NCBI GenBank assembly: GCA_002633005.1
Contig: NMRA01000155.1
Location: forward strand, 517,536-581,535
From: Phoronis australis
Taxonomy: Eukaryota; Animalia; Phoronida
DNA length: 64,000 bases
Direction of reading: 5' to 3'
How positions within the stretch are numbered: position 1 is the stretch's first letter; the number at the start of each line of letters is the position of its first letter. Shown here piece by piece: positions 43,101 through 53,300 of the stretch. The notes beneath the pieces were generated by a model. The model was not told the origin of the DNA and searched no databases. It saw only the letters and a list, made by a program, of their open reading frames with translations. A program made the position numbers and the translations under genes.

Positions 43101-44068
43101 ACAAATAGTAATTATAGGTGCCGATGTCAACAAATGTAACTAGTGAACGTGTGGCAGTCGCAGATAAGGTGTGGAAGTAGTACGTTAGTTATTCCCAGAT
43201 AGGCGTGATTTGAGTTGTTCCCGAAGTGCCTGGTGGGTGACCGTATTGGATAGCAGTTGTTCACTTTTCTCTTATAACATGATGTGGAGTGGCTGATAAA
43301 GGAGCCTGCGATCATGGTATATCACTGAATACTAGTATGACTGCAGGACATGAATGAGAGTTAACAGGTATGCCGGCCTGGTCCTTGGTCGAGTATCAGG
43401 CTTTTTCTATTAAAAAAACTGCTTCACACAACTTCACACATCCATGATCTCGAATTCCAAATTCAAGCCCAGCAAAGTCGTTACGTGAAGACTATCACCG
43501 AAACAAAACGTACGCCATACATAGGCAACATGTAGCCCCTCGGCTGGCTGCCTACGTACGGACTACAATAATACTCCAAATCACTTTCTGTACTAATTTC
43601 ATCCAATGTATTTTACATGGGCAGTAGATGAAATCCGTCCACCAAATAAGAGGTTTTAACTGCCAGTAGAGACAGTGGAGCAGATACTATTGGCATTGGG
43701 AGTTCGGGTGCACGCAAGTAGGTGAAGTAGGGGCTCGTCGGGGGTGAATAAACAACGCATACGCCCTGAACAGACTGAACAAGCCCCGTTTACCTTTTTT
43801 TTTAGTCACCAGGTCCGCAACCCCAAACATTCGAGCCCTCCCCCCCCACGGCCCCAGCCCCAGGCCTAACTCAAAATCCAGGATCGCCCCTGAATATGGT
43901 TACCGATAGACAACAACAAAAAATATCAGTAATGATTTTAAAAAATTACTCACTGGCACATGTCATTCCGCCGTTGATGCCTCTGGTTGAAGCTGGGGCA
44001 ATAAATGAAACGAGAATCGCCAAACATGCCAGACGTGTTTTCGAACATCCCTCTCTTCCCGAAACCAT
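15999..44068 (-). CDS. AOAH: Acyloxyacyl hydrolase (LPS-deacylating saposin + GDSL/SGNH lipase), complete 17-exon gene, 578 aa
   Basis: All 17 exons join in frame (1737 nt). Signal peptide, saposin-B cysteines, DFDQDGYS/DCSD/DSNCNG Ca-binding-type motifs, LLGDSVGAHF nucleophile, RNRCNHRDFQN, VGNDVC, EPVDGFHPNQ and C-terminal FGDQGGY closely match recalled mammalian AOAH motifs. Confidence 0.96.
17289..17371 (-). CDS. AOAH: AOAH exon 16 (catalytic Asp/His, WELIEPVDGFHPNQ)
   Basis: ttttag acceptor, gtacgc donor, 83 nt, phase 1 to 0. Confidence 0.93.
18003..18105 (-). CDS. AOAH: AOAH exon 15 (RAADLSRTMK...YMDCPLEP)
   Basis: tttcag acceptor, gtatag donor, 103 nt, phase 0 to 1. Confidence 0.92.
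18822..18881 (-). CDS. AOAH: AOAH exon 14 (VTPCMGWLNSNETIRNLTSK)
   Basis: ttttag acceptor, gtaggt donor, 60 nt. Confidence 0.92.
19104..19259 (-). CDS. AOAH: AOAH exon 13 (GSHVLVIGMADG...WNCMQ)
   Basis: ttgtag acceptor, gtcagt donor, 156 nt. Confidence 0.93.
19600..19710 (-). mobile_element. Degenerate tRNA-derived SINE head
   Basis: Minus strand has A-box-like GGCAGTGAGTTAG, B-box-like GGTTCTAGTCCC, then CCCTGGGTCAAG; no intact cloverleaf. Confidence 0.45.
19832..19907 (-). CDS. AOAH: AOAH exon 12 (YPDTLAHMTT...KTLTYL)
   Basis: ttgcag acceptor, gtgagt donor, 76 nt, phase 2 to 0. Confidence 0.92.
20309..22091 (+). mobile_element. Non-autonomous Helentron-like (HINE/DINE-type) element with an internal array of about 150-bp tandem units
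   Basis: Starts AACAAGAG; 11 related units; GACG/GACA-type microsatellite remnant at about 22015-22045; 3' hairpin CCTACATAT-AA-ATATGTGGG and A-run. A second copy starts at 35843. Confidence 0.8.
22362..22457. repeat. Short intronic foldback (37-bp arms, 22-nt loop)
   Basis: 22362-22398 pairs with 22421-22457 with 4 mismatches. Confidence 0.75.
22629..22703 (-). CDS. AOAH: AOAH exon 11 (SRNQTSDYP...VGNDVCN)
   Basis: ttatag acceptor, gtaagt donor, 75 nt, phase 2. Confidence 0.92.
23801..23997. repeat. Degenerate tandem repeat of about 55-60 bp, about 3.5 copies
   Basis: Recurring CTCAAATCACATCTTCT...TGTTACTTTTGG. Confidence 0.75.
24444..24480 (-). CDS. AOAH: AOAH exon 10 (GADIFDLQKSQT)
   Basis: atgcag acceptor, gtaaat donor, 37 nt, phase 1 to 2; completes the NGA motif. 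Confidence 0.82.
25486..25669 (-). CDS. AOAH: AOAH exon 9 (DWPQLSGTTGF...RNRCNHRDFQNLAVN), GC donor
   Basis: ttccag acceptor; G|gcaagt donor gives the phase 1 required by exon 10. Confidence 0.92.
25913..28631. mobile_element. Probable composite non-autonomous DNA transposon (pogo/mariner-like) with nested repeats
   Basis: TCCCAAATTTGGGACA near 25915 mirrors TGTCCTAAATTTGGGA near 28605; TTTGGACA subterminal motifs at both ends; inner TAAGCCGAGCATGGGC at 26757, 27431, 27486. No transposase recognised. Confidence 0.45.
26306..26436. repeat. 45-bp tandem repeat, about 3 copies
   Basis: AATAAGCACCGGTGATGAGACCGTTGTGTTACAA in units starting 26306, 26351, 26396. Confidence 0.9.
28887..29030 (-). 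CDS. AOAH: AOAH exon 8 (catalytic Ser, LLLGDSVGAHFH)
   Basis: tttcag acceptor, gtatga donor, 144 nt. Confidence 0.93.
29765..29884 (-). CDS. AOAH: AOAH exon 7 (TLRGAMWRGKDC...DSNCNGIH)
   Basis: ttttag acceptor, gtaggt donor, 120 nt. Confidence 0.93.
29924..30513. mobile_element. piggyBac-type MITE
   Basis: TTAA|CCCTTATCCTGC ... GCAGGATAAGGG|TTAA: perfect 12-bp TIR with TTAA target duplication. Confidence 0.85.
30788..30915. repeat. Degenerate 45-bp tandem repeat, about 3 copies
   Basis: GGTGGA...TCCCA...TGGTAGGTTG repeated; an adjacent minus-strand B-box-like GGTTCGATGCC lies near 30745. Confidence 0.7.
31258..31318 (-). CDS. AOAH: AOAH exon 6 (VFENHHPGEDFDQDGYSLIN)
   Basis: ttccag acceptor, gtgagt donor, 61 nt, phase 2 to 0. 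Confidence 0.9.
31441..31708. mobile_element. PIF/Harbinger-like MITE
   Basis: GGCCTGTTTC ... GAAACAGGCC termini; internal inverted CTTTTG/CAAAAG motifs. Confidence 0.55.
32932..33008 (-). CDS. AOAH: AOAH exon 5 (FFDVCKLPVISRLCEVFK)
   Basis: ttgcag acceptor, gtaagt donor, 77 nt, phase 0 to 2. Confidence 0.9.
33639..33698 (-). CDS. AOAH: AOAH exon 4 (HGFEHSSNVHGHRIRNFLIK, linker)
   Basis: tttcag acceptor, gtgagt donor, 60 nt, phase 0; length fits the expected linker. Confidence 0.8.
34547..34646 (-). CDS. AOAH: AOAH exon 3 (ETPDVICHKISLC...CYLYPKRK)
   Basis: ctttag acceptor, gtagag donor, 100 nt, phase 2 to 0. Confidence 0.92.
35843..36682 (+). mobile_element. Second HINE-like copy (5 units, long GACG/GACA microsatellite, 3' hairpin missing)
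   Basis: Same AACAAGAGCAAC...GAGCGTTGAAATGC start and unit sequences as 20309; (GACG/GACA)n at about 36612-36672. Confidence 0.8.
38043..38199 (-). CDS. AOAH: AOAH exon 2 (saposin B; TCTVLTSLIEQVA...FGPSIIEL)
   Basis: tttcag acceptor, gtaagt donor, 157 nt, phase 1 to 2. Confidence 0.92.
38824..39498. mobile_element. Kolobok-like MITE enclosing a minisatellite
   Basis: TTATGTAGGAC at 38824 is the inverse of GTCCTACATAA-CCTTTAA at 39481-39498; related 3' sequence near 9880-9995 and 61620-61790. Superfamily is inferred from the CCT-TTAA end only. Confidence 0.5.
39025..39255. repeat. 21-bp minisatellite, about 11 copies
   Basis: Unit AAACAACATGATTACGCGGCC with point variants. Confidence 0.92.
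40010..40188. mobile_element. Small MITE (duplicated at 41987-42165)
   Basis: Perfect 14-bp TIR AATTGACCTATCGC / GCGATAGGTCAATT; interior has CCAATCAG and GCCGCCATTTT. Confidence 0.7.
41689..41870 (+). mobile_element. 5'-truncated non-LTR retrotransposon insertion with 11-bp TSD and poly(T) 3' end
   Basis: TACACTTCAAA duplicated at 41678-41688 and 41871-41881; absent from the sister copy near 39894; encodes RLSVFLKETGRLENCLHEEP*; stem-loop 41815-41842. Confidence 0.8.
43954..44068 (-). CDS. AOAH: AOAH exon 1 (signal peptide; MVSGREG...GINGGMTCA)
   Basis: ATG at 44068, hydrophobic stretch LACLAILVSFIA, A|gtgagt donor, phase 1. Confidence 0.85.
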
Positions 44069-44384
44069 TTTGGAATCTGAGCAGGTCACATGATTTATAT
44101 CAGTATGCAGAGAGAAAAAATGGTTTTCAACCCATTTAAAGAAAAAATATAATAACAAATTAAAAGTTGTCTCCATTCATTACAAAATAAATATGTTTAA
44201 ATTAAATATGCTTTATTTTCTTGATAAATATAAACTATGCAATACCTTAATCAAAAAACACTGCTTTGGAATAACATGTAGTAATATTTTTAAGCAGCCT
44301 TATGATGTCCATAATAGGTCATTCTGGGTCACGAGACTATACGAGACTCAACCGCCAAATTTAAAAGTTCGTTGATGAAAGCAG
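44069..44384. promoter_or_regulatory. Putative bidirectional AOAH/anillin promoter with adjacent E2F-like and CHR-like motifs
   Basis: CCGCCAAA (44352-44359) directly followed by TTTAAA (44360-44365), about 290 bp upstream of the AOAH ATG and just before the N at 44385. Confidence 0.45.
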
Positions 44385-45315
44385 NCCATCTCATTGAACT
44401 GACAATATGTCAGTGTTCCATTTTTTCATTTGTTTTTAAACTCAAGTCAAACCCCGACTGGGCACATGCGGGTGTCATATCAAGAAGCCAAAGAGATACT
44501 AAAAACTGCAGTGAGTTTGAACGTGCTTTAGTTATCTGCACTAATTCATAGATTTCATTTTATGGATAGTTTTGTTGCGAATGGACCTGTGTTCTAGCAC
44601 CATATATGTCAAAACACTCGAGCTGAAATTTGGCTACAAGGTGCCCGTGGCCATTACATGGTTAGTCAGTTTTCCGCGGTGTGGCGTATGGGGAAACATG
44701 GTGTCCGATATTTAGGTTCTCTGAAGGTTTGCTAGTTGTGTTTTATAAAGATCAGTCGAAACATAAATGTAGCTTTCAGTAACAAGATATAGTAACAGAA
44801 CAATTCCGTGAAGGTATACCTTTATTTCAGCAAAGAATTTACTACAATCCGTAGTATTTTCAATTAAATATAATTCAAAATGTGCCAAAATGTCGAAATA
44901 TTTAGGTCACTTGACTGTAGCAGGCAGCTTTGCGTCGACGATGACGATGTGGGTAATTTTGGATAAAATCTGACTCAAATTAATGTCGTTAAAAATTACA
45001 TTCTACTCTTCCTTGTAAACTGAGTTAGTTACTGTTGTTAAAAATTTCTATTGTAAGGTTATTCTGCTGCTAAATTTTTGGGGCAGTATTGTGTGTCGGC
45101 TTTTGCCATGATTGGGCGTCACCTGTTGCTGCGTGTTGCTGGCCAATTTCTTTTAGATTTTTGGTAATTCTTCCACAAAACTGCGTACATGTGACGACAA
45201 ATTATTGGAACTGGTTTCAGTTCGTAATATTTTAGTATTTTTATTCCATCACACCAAATTTGTGAGAAAATTTTGCTTCGGCAAATCTGTCAACATCATG
45301 TATCGCAATACACTA

Positions 45316-45883
45316 TGACCACCGTCTCTAGCTCAGCTGTCTCAGTAGCGGCTGTGTAGCTCCTATAGGTACTTCATACGCCGGAAGCTTTTCGGCGAAT
45401 TATGCCTCACACCGACCAAAACATCAAAGTCACGGTGTTATAGATACCTTATGCCCATAGAGGGACACCTTAATAGCCTGTCGATGTTTTTAATTTCTTC
45501 CAACTCTAACAAATACCCCCATTATTAAACTTTTTCTTAAAGTAGTCCTTTGTTCAGTCCCAAAATTGGTAACTAGCCATTTTTAACACCACGTGCGGCA
45601 GGTGGTATGACGTCATATCCCCTGGCGTGCGCAGTGTAAAAATGGCCAGTTATCGATTTTGGAAACTGAACGAGGGACTGCTCGAAGAAAATGTTTGATA
45701 GCGGGAGTATTTTTTTTTTGTTGGAATCCATTTAAGACATGGACGGCCTCCTAGTGTCTCCCTCTATGGGCATAAGGTGTTTATAGCAAAGTGACTTTGT
45801 TTTAGTCGGTGAAAAGTTTCCGGCGTATGAAGCACCTATAGCATCTACACCGTCTCTACTAAGCCAGCTAGAGACAGTGGTCA
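45316..45883. mobile_element. Fully palindromic foldback element of about 570 bp
   Basis: TGACCACCGTCTCTAGCT / AGCTAGAGACAGTGGTCA termini; mirrored internal blocks such as ACCTTATGCCCATAGAGGGA; centre TATGACGTCATA at 45606-45617. Confidence 0.85.
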
Positions 45884-47235
45884 CTGTCTAGTATCCCAAA
45901 AGATGTGGCGAAAAAAATTCAGCAATTGTTCTAAAAGCTAAAAATTCTGCAAGAAAATTATATTTATTAGTGTTTGTAACTTACTAGCAGCAGAAGCAAT
46001 TTCTCAAGTTTGGAGAATTTCTCCCTGCAATTGGGAGAAAAGAATTCTCCCAGTTGGGGAAATTTCACATAGTGTCGAAGGAAAAAATTATCAATCAGTG
46101 AAATTCAAGTTTGGTACCATTGAATAGACTGCCAAAAATGACTGCAGGAAATAAAGGTCGATTTGGTTCGACAGTCTGGTTTCTTTTCAATTCTTGCTAA
46201 AGGCAGTAACCTGACAGAACTATAAATCAACAATCCATAGTAGATAATAAATAACACTGTACTTATTATCAAACCAAGCAACAACAAACCTCCTAGAACT
46301 TTAAATGTCCTTTTGAACCAAAATTTACCATTGACCGAACCAAGTACATGAAAGCAAATTCTCCTAGTTGGGAGATTTATGCATCCTAAAGCCAGTCAAA
46401 TTCTCCGGATATGGTGAAATTTCCCCAATTTGAAAGCCTACCACTGTAAACGGCCGGCCGGTATGAACCTCACTTAAATTTGTATAGTGATTATATGCCA
46501 CAATAGCTCTTTCTTTTGAATTGGCTCTTTGGATTTCAATGCTTAGGGTATGGTTATTGGGTTGAACCTTGCTCTGAAAACTGCCAAAAGCTCATCTCAG
46601 CAATCATTAACTTCCTAAATCAACCAAAGTCCTGATCAGTTGCAATTTGAGACATGCAGTCTAAACTGTAACACTCCCCAGAATGACAGGCCTGGTTTGA
46701 ATTGGTTAGTTATTGTAATCAACAGCCTTGACAGGTCATGTGGTTTCAGATGGAATGTGCTATATTGGCCTCTCCCTACATGTCTGCTGTCTGGTATTTG
46801 TTGATTGTTGGTAGGGTGGTGGAGTAGTACTCCTGGTTTGAATCATTTGGGAAGTTGCCTAAAGTAAACAAACCTAACCTTGACAGTTGTTTGTTGAACT
46901 TTGAACTATTTTAATAAATTACTAAAATTTGAAAATTTTTAGTCCATTTAATAATAATCTTACTCGAAATCGAACGATTATTTTTGGCATTTTATAATTC
47001 TATTTTGTGTGAACTCAAAATAAGTGTCTATAATTCTGTGCTCGTACCTTATATGGACAACTGCTAGTCCTAGTTTGCACTTGATGACCCCATAAAGTTA
47101 GATTCTGAAATTAAAATTTCAAGTTTATATTCGAAATCTCTAGTTTTCGCTTGGTTTGCTACTTGAATCTAGAGGTCATCAAGTGCGAGCTTTGGGTAGA
47201 AATTCATGTACATAACTCGTAATGTACTTTTTCAG

Positions 47236-47383
47236 AAACTGCTCGAACGTACAAGAGCACGCCGAGAGGCGCTTAATCAGAAAATGGCCGAAACGCCAGA
47301 GGCCGCCCCTCGGAAAAGACGTCCACTGTCTGAAAACAACGGACAGAATGAACTTGAAGTCCCAGTTTCTCCGGCTAAGAAAG
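47236..47383 (+). CDS. ANLN: Anillin exon (KLLERTRARREALNQKMAE...)
   Basis: tttcag acceptor, G|gtatat donor, 148 nt, phase 0 to 1. Confidence 0.92.
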
Positions 47384-50300
47384 GTATATAACAATTCTAA
47401 CACCACAGGGCCCTGGGCACTTTGATTTTAGAGGTGGTGACCCCCCTCTCGGGTGGCACTGGAACCTTTCACGTGAGCGAGAGCCCTGAAACAGTTAGAC
47501 CATTCGTGGTTACTGGCGTTCTTCCCTTTGTTTCATATTTCATTCAAGATCAACTGTTTGGACAGCTTGTCTGGAGTAAGTTGATTCAGAGTTATATTGC
47601 CCAGCACAAATTTATCAATCGGGTCTCGAGTCTAAAGATATTATGGTGGGTCAATTTGCCCATTGCATGAGATTGACTGTTCAAATGTGCCATAAGGAAT
47701 GGTGATGAGCCACTGGCCCAGTGATGTTGGGGTGTACATGAAAGAGTAAAAGGCTAATTTTAACAAAAATGACACTTTGTAATGATCGTATATCATTTTG
47801 AGTTAGTATAACTACTCGACGTAAACCGTAACATTATAACCAGGGAGGGACACTAGTGACCGAGCTTGCATGCTTTGTACACAGGGTGTTTCATTAACAG
47901 CTCTGTTGACATGTGTTCAACTGCATTGTGTGACTGTTTTCATTTCATAAACATCCTGTTACATCATTCACAGATAACTTGGTGCTGTGTAGAATGACGG
48001 AACAACACTTGCGAATTGTCAGATGAGCTGCATGGTTATAGTGCAACATGCTTTTGGTGCGCGTGTGACTGAGCAGTCATCGTACAAAAATAAAAGACTG
48101 AAACTGAGCCTCATAATGCAACAAATTACTTCATAAATTGGCCAATCTTTCACATCCAATAATGCTGAAGCTAAATTTCACCACCTGAAACAAAAATTAT
48201 AGATCAGTTTACATATCCACATGTTGTTGATGTTTGTGAGCCAACAACCGTCCCACAATGCANTTTGGACAGCTTGTCTGGAGTAAGTTGATTCAGAGTT
48301 ATATTGCCCAGCACAAATTTATCAATCGGGTCTCGAGTCTAAAGATATTATGGTGGGTCAATTTGCCCATTGCATGAGATTGACTGTTCAAATGTGCCAT
48401 AAGGAATGGTGATGAGCCACTGGCCCAGTGATGTTGGGGTGTACATGAAAGAGTAAAAGGCTAATTTTAACAAAAATGACACTTTGTAATGATCGTATAT
48501 CATTTTGAGTTAGTATAACTACTCAACGTAAACCGTAACATTTTAACCAGGGACACTAGTGACCGAGCTTGCATGCTTTGTACACAGGGTGTTTCATTAA
48601 CAGCTCTGTTGACATGTGTTCAACTGCATGGTGTGACTGTTGTCATTTCATGAACACCCTGTTACATCATTCACAGATAACTTGGTGCTGTGTAAAATGA
48701 GGGAACAACACTTGTGAATTGTCAGATGAGCTGCATGGTTATAGTGCAACATACTTTTGGTGCGCGTGTGACTGAGCAGTCATCGTACAAAAATAAAAGG
48801 CTGAAACTGAGCCTCATAATGCAACAAATTACTTCATAAATTGGCCAATCTTTCACATCCAATAATGCTGAAGCTAAATTTCACCACCTGAAACACAAAT
48901 TATAGATCAGTTTACATATCCACATGTTGTTGATGTTTGTGAGCCAACAACCGTCCCACAATGCACTTGAAAACACGAGCCGCATAGATGAAACCCCTGA
49001 ATTGCTGCAAACTCTTGTATGACACACACACACATATATACTTGTATTCCTTGCACTTGTCATTACTGTTTTGTGACAGCTGTACAATCATGCCCCTAGT
49101 GGACAGCTTTTATAACATGACGTTGATTATCGTGCCGTTCCAGCATCTCCCAAGCGCCACTGCCTGCGTGACGCTGAGCTTGAGGTACACGTGGACACTC
49201 CCGCCGTACGTGGTGTCAAGTCACGCATGCAGCAACTGGTGGCTAACCGTGAAGACTGGAATAACGATGCTGGTAATAACACCTTTGAACTTTGAGGCTT
49301 AAACCAAATGATTTTTGTATATTGGAATGTGTACTGGCCAGGACTTGGAGTTTTGATTGAAAATGTCCATTGTTATAAAACTGGTCTTTGTATTTTCCCT
49401 ACACATAATAGAAGTGATTGTGGCACAGTGACACTGGTAAGAACTTGTTATTTCTTGACTCTGTAATGACATTGCATGTCGGAATTTGTGGTTACCTACT
49501 GAATTTATTGATCTGTAGTAATAAAGAAATAAAAACGACTACTTTCACATTGCTCTACTCAAAGGAAATGACTAGGTTGTTGTTTGCAACTTAGAAATCT
49601 TAATTGGCATATTTTAGTTCCTCTCGCTTTCACAAGTTCTAGGTTGCCAACATTTTTATATTTTTATGCAACGAAATTGATTTTTTGATTGCACGAATTA
49701 TGGGTCTCCAGATGTAGTATGACATTATCAATTTGTCAGAATTTTTGAGTCGCGAAAATGCTCTGGCAGTATAAATGCCTGCAACATTGTCATAATGTTA
49801 CCACGTGGTGTTATTTTCTATTGAAAGAATAAGACTGCGCCACAGTGTTAAATAATAAAAATGACTTTGAAAAGATTTACTGATATGCTATGTACAACAG
49901 ATGTTAGTTAATTGTAAGAGCTTACCTATTCAGATATTTAAACATTAGGCTTCTGCGTGCAATATTTCGTGCCTCAACCCATTAATGTGTTATAGAAGTC
50001 TTGTGATAGTAGCTAACTGATTCGCCATTATCCCATTTTTATGCGAGATTTTTACCCAGCATAGAGACTAGAGAGGTCTGTTCTACGTTACAGTCTTTGC
50101 ATTTCTTTTGCGTTTAAGGAGTGACAGATGAAGGCACTACCACAGCAGCATCAGCGCCCCCTCCAGTCCTGGATCATCACGAGTCGTCCCCTGTGCCAGA
50201 GACCAGGAAAGGCAGGTTTGCCAAGTTGGCTCAAAATATCAACAACTGGGAGGACGACCTGTCTCATCCAGTCATCACGTAAGGCTGTGTACTGATAATA

Positions 50301-53300
50301 CTTGCATTAGCATTTTTCAAAAAATAACATTTCACTTATAGCCATCATGTAAGGTCATGTGCTGAAACTTCCATACTGTTACCAACACCAGACCACGTTT
50401 TGAAAAACCGTTGGCGTTTACAGTAATGTTAGAACCTTTGGAAAATGATCAGTTTAAGTTGGCAATTATTTTTATGATCAACATATGTGCCGAATGATAT
50501 ACAATAGTTCGTGCGTCACAAGCTCGTTACCAGAGATGTAACAAAGACCAGGTAGGCGATATAAGGTCATTTATTATGACTAATACAAATACAAGTAAGG
50601 TCATTTATATGACATTCAATTACAACTAATAGTTAGTGAATAAACATAAGTAAGGTAAAAAATACTAATCTCTGGTAAGATGGGCAAATGAAAAGCGCCG
50701 GCCACGTGGAGGTACAAGAGAATGGCGAAAGGGGGATGGTAGGGGGTGGGAAAATTTGAGAAGTTTTAGAAGTACGTCCACTAGGCCGGAACAAAGGAGG
50801 TGAACTGAAAGCGAGGTTAAAATAACAATCTGAAATCCTAAGTACACGTGACAATCATCAGCCCATGAGAGCCCAGATCTGACCAATCTCTGGGCACATG
50901 ATAACAATTGACCAATGAGGCTGTGAAAACGTCGAATAGTCCTACACAGAGGAATTAATGGACTAGACCGAGTTGAGGTGGAAAGGAGTAAGGCGGGTCC
51001 ATATGCTCACATAAATATATTTAATGAGTGTAATACCGTTTATGATCAACATATGTCCCGAATGATATACAATAGTTCGTGCGTCACAAGCTCGTTACCA
51101 GAGATGAAACAAGGACCGGGGTAGGTGATATAAGGTTATTTAATAATACAAATACAAGTAAGGTCATTTATATGACTAATACAATTACAACTATATAGAT
51201 AGTGACTAAACATAACTAAGGTAGAAAATACTAATCTCTGGTAAGATGGGCAAATGAAAAGCGCCAGAAGAGATGTAAGACAGCTCATGCCCATCCGCAG
51301 GGACGCACGAAAGGAGAGGAATAAAAGTGAAAGAGGTGCAGGACTACCAGAAATTTGTGGGGTATTACCGTAAGCCATACCTTCCTGCCAAAGTATGAGG
51401 CAAAAATGCCCATTTCCCTGACGTTTGGGTTATTTTCTTCCAATTTGTATAAACTTCTCTTGTGAGTATTAATATAATTTGTGATTTTGGCTAATTTCAT
51501 ACAAGCTTAGAGTCTATTTTACGGAAATCCAAGTTCTCCATTTTCGTTGTGTCTCCAACGAATCTTGAAAACTCCAACAAGAGTTGTAGGTGTACACCAG
51601 GAAATGCTGTTTTGCTGATAAATGGTGATCACAGTTGCATTTAGTTTGTAACTTTTTCATTGAAAATGATACACAAGGTTTCTGTGTCAATGCCTGTTGT
51701 TACACTATCATAGTGCAGTGTAACTTTGGTTTCGTTAGCGGATGTTGTTTTCATTTCAGAAAAGAGGAGCCAAAGAAGAAAGTGTGGCAGCCTCCTAAAC
51801 CAGTTGAGCCTGTTGTTGAGAAGAAGAAATCCCCAGTGAAATCAAAGCAGAGTCTAGCCAAAACAAAATCCACGACCAGTTTCACCCCAAACAGTTCCAC
51901 GGATTCTCCCAAAGGAGGCAAGCCGTTGGCCCACACGTACGTTGAAAACACACAAAAGGAGGTGGTTAATCCACTTAAATTCATCTCTCCTCAGCGGAAT
52001 ATTCCCGTCAACCCCGTGCCCAAGCCTGTTCGGGTTGGGGCAGGCTCGGAGAGTGAGGGCCGTGAAGACGAACCCACTGCCAAACCGGTGACCTCTCGCA
52101 TGGCCATATGGGAGAAGAAGACAACTGCGGCAGAAAAAGAGGCTGCTGACCACCGTCAGAAGTCTGCAGAGTTTCAGGCATCCAAGAGGTGCCGCACTAA
52201 AAGTGGGGGAATGTGGCAGGAAAAGATGGACGCTGCCGCCGCCATGTTAACTGGTGAGCAGACACGCAAGGCATTGGAGGCTGACAAGGCACAAGAGGCG
52301 TGGCAGGAGGCACCAGTAGTCTCACGTAAGAGCGTCTGGGAGGAGAAGATCAAGAAGGCAGAAAAGGTATGTTGTGGAAAATGTGGTAGTTGTTTATCTT
52401 GGTATGATGCAGCGTGTTCCCAGCGATGTGGGTCTTTCCTATTATGTTTTGAAGAAGGTATTACTGCAAAATAAACTAGACAACAACTACATTGTGACCT
52501 AGTTTGTAACTTAGCGAAGAGCGTGCTCTCTTTTTCTTCAGGCCTCAGAACGAGGGACTTGGTCACATCTGAATCCCCTCTCCCCCACCAACACCCTTTT
52601 GTCAAGGAAATCACTGCATTGTTAACCCAATGGCTTTGCTCTTTACTGTTGACTGCATAGTTGATGATTAATTGGACCACTTAGGCGGCACGCTTCTTTT
52701 CTTTCACTCTTAATTTGATTTTCTCTCGCATTTAGAGTTCAGAAGAAGAAATAACTCAGGTAATAATGTTGATCTGTATGGTAAATGACATCAGGGAATG
52801 CTTCTGCGGGAAATAATCAAAGGAGGCGGTAATTGCCGCACACTAACATGCGAAACTTGCATATAACAAGTGCTGATCATTCACTAATATACATGAAACT
52901 GTTAATCAGCATGTGATCTTTAGGTGCATGGTTGGAACATTGATGGGAGAGATTTAAGGTTAGTTGGCAGGGTGAACTGTATTGGAATCGAAAATAAGGT
53001 TGAGGCACGATTGATCAAATAGGTTTACAGTAACTGTTTTTTGTGTGTATTTTTAAATGCCAACAACGTCTTGGATAAAGATGTTCATTTTGTGACGAAA
53101 ACGTACGAAAGCTTAGCAATGGTTTTTGCACATCTATATGCCTGAACATGGACTTCTATTCACATATTTTTAGTTACCTGAGATTGAAACCATGGTAATA
53201 TGACTATGCCTTATTTTGTTTTGTTTAGTATTGTTGTTTTTTTGTTGTTTTCTGCTTCAAGGTTGTTCAGTTTGGACTTTTTAATTAATAACTGATTGTA

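Larger units (their letters stand above)
39505..43322. repeat. Tandem near-identical copies 39505-41345 and 41347-43322 joined by a single N (likely uncollapsed haplotypes)
   Basis: Direct comparison shows scattered SNPs, a 58-bp indel and a 182-bp insertion in the first half, and apparent identity in the second half. Confidence 0.9.

Noticed and set aside
44466-44645. Possible anillin first exons (MRVSYQEAKEILKTA|gtgagt; MDSFVA...)
   Set aside because: The first has a good phase-0 donor but no resemblance to the conserved MDPFT start; the second resembles it but has no donor. Not excluded, but unsupported.
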